Shown: piece by piece, positions 63,897-64,000 of the stretch
Position numbering within the stretch: position 1 is the first letter of the stretch
Layout: each line of letters begins with the position of its first letter
Virus record (IMG/VR): IMGVR_UViG_3300028591_000009
Location: 42,603-106,602 of that record
Source: a virus
Lineage: Duplodnaviria > Caudoviricetes
Length of the DNA stretch: 64,000 nucleotides
Reading direction: 5' to 3' (one strand)
Position numbers and translations under genes: made by a program
The notes under the pieces: generated by a model
What the model was told of the DNA's origin: nothing
Database searches by the model: none
The model's input: the letters and a program-made list of their open reading frames with translations, nothing else

Positions 63897-64000
63897 ATGA
63901 ATAATACTTTACTTAATAATCTCCAGCTGTATCGTGGACGTCGTTTCAGCGACCTGGTAGATGAGAACATGATTTCTAACGCTCTGCTGACCAAGCCTCA
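63897..64000 (+). CDS. Major capsid protein, N-terminus (truncated by window)
   Basis: MNNTLLNNLQLYRGRRFSDLVDENMISNALLTKP; gene order terL-portal-scaffold-MCP. Confidence 0.7.
   Translation, partial: MNNTLLNNLQLYRGRRFSDLVDENMISNALLTKP

Noticed and set aside
1-64000. Phage release factor, aminoacyl-tRNA synthetase, SmpB, integrase or virion RNA polymerase
   Set aside because: No matching motifs recognised; they may lie outside the window

Overview
This is a 64 kb segment of a crAss-like phage (Crassvirales) genome, probably of the delta/Suoliviridae type, with a Bacteroidota host inferred. The left arm (1-29.4 kb, minus strand) holds early and replication genes in the standard code: PD-(D/E)XK nucleases, AAA ATPase, primase, SSB, Sak4-like annealase, DnaB-like helicase, family B DNA polymerase, an ECF-type sigma factor and tRNAs. 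A late module diverges from an inverted promoter-like pair at ~33.0 kb. Leftward it holds a lysis block (amidase, holin candidate). Rightward it holds GroES-like, HU/IHF-like and dUTPase genes, an amber suppressor tRNA-Gln(CUA), tail/receptor proteins, terminase large subunit, portal, a scaffold-like protein and the start of the major capsid protein. Late genes are broken only by in-frame TAG, and internal repeats show TAG = Gln (code 15), while several early genes still stop at TAG. The main surprises are in the RNA layer: (1) a circularly permuted two-piece tmRNA with tag (A)GNYNIADYTGLQEAA; (2) at least seven minimal or aberrant tRNA-like elements at gene boundaries; (3) a ~2.1 kb ORF-free, hairpin-rich transcribed tract; and (4) five hairpins sharing one loop but with different stems. 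All calls come from reading motifs by eye; no database search was run.
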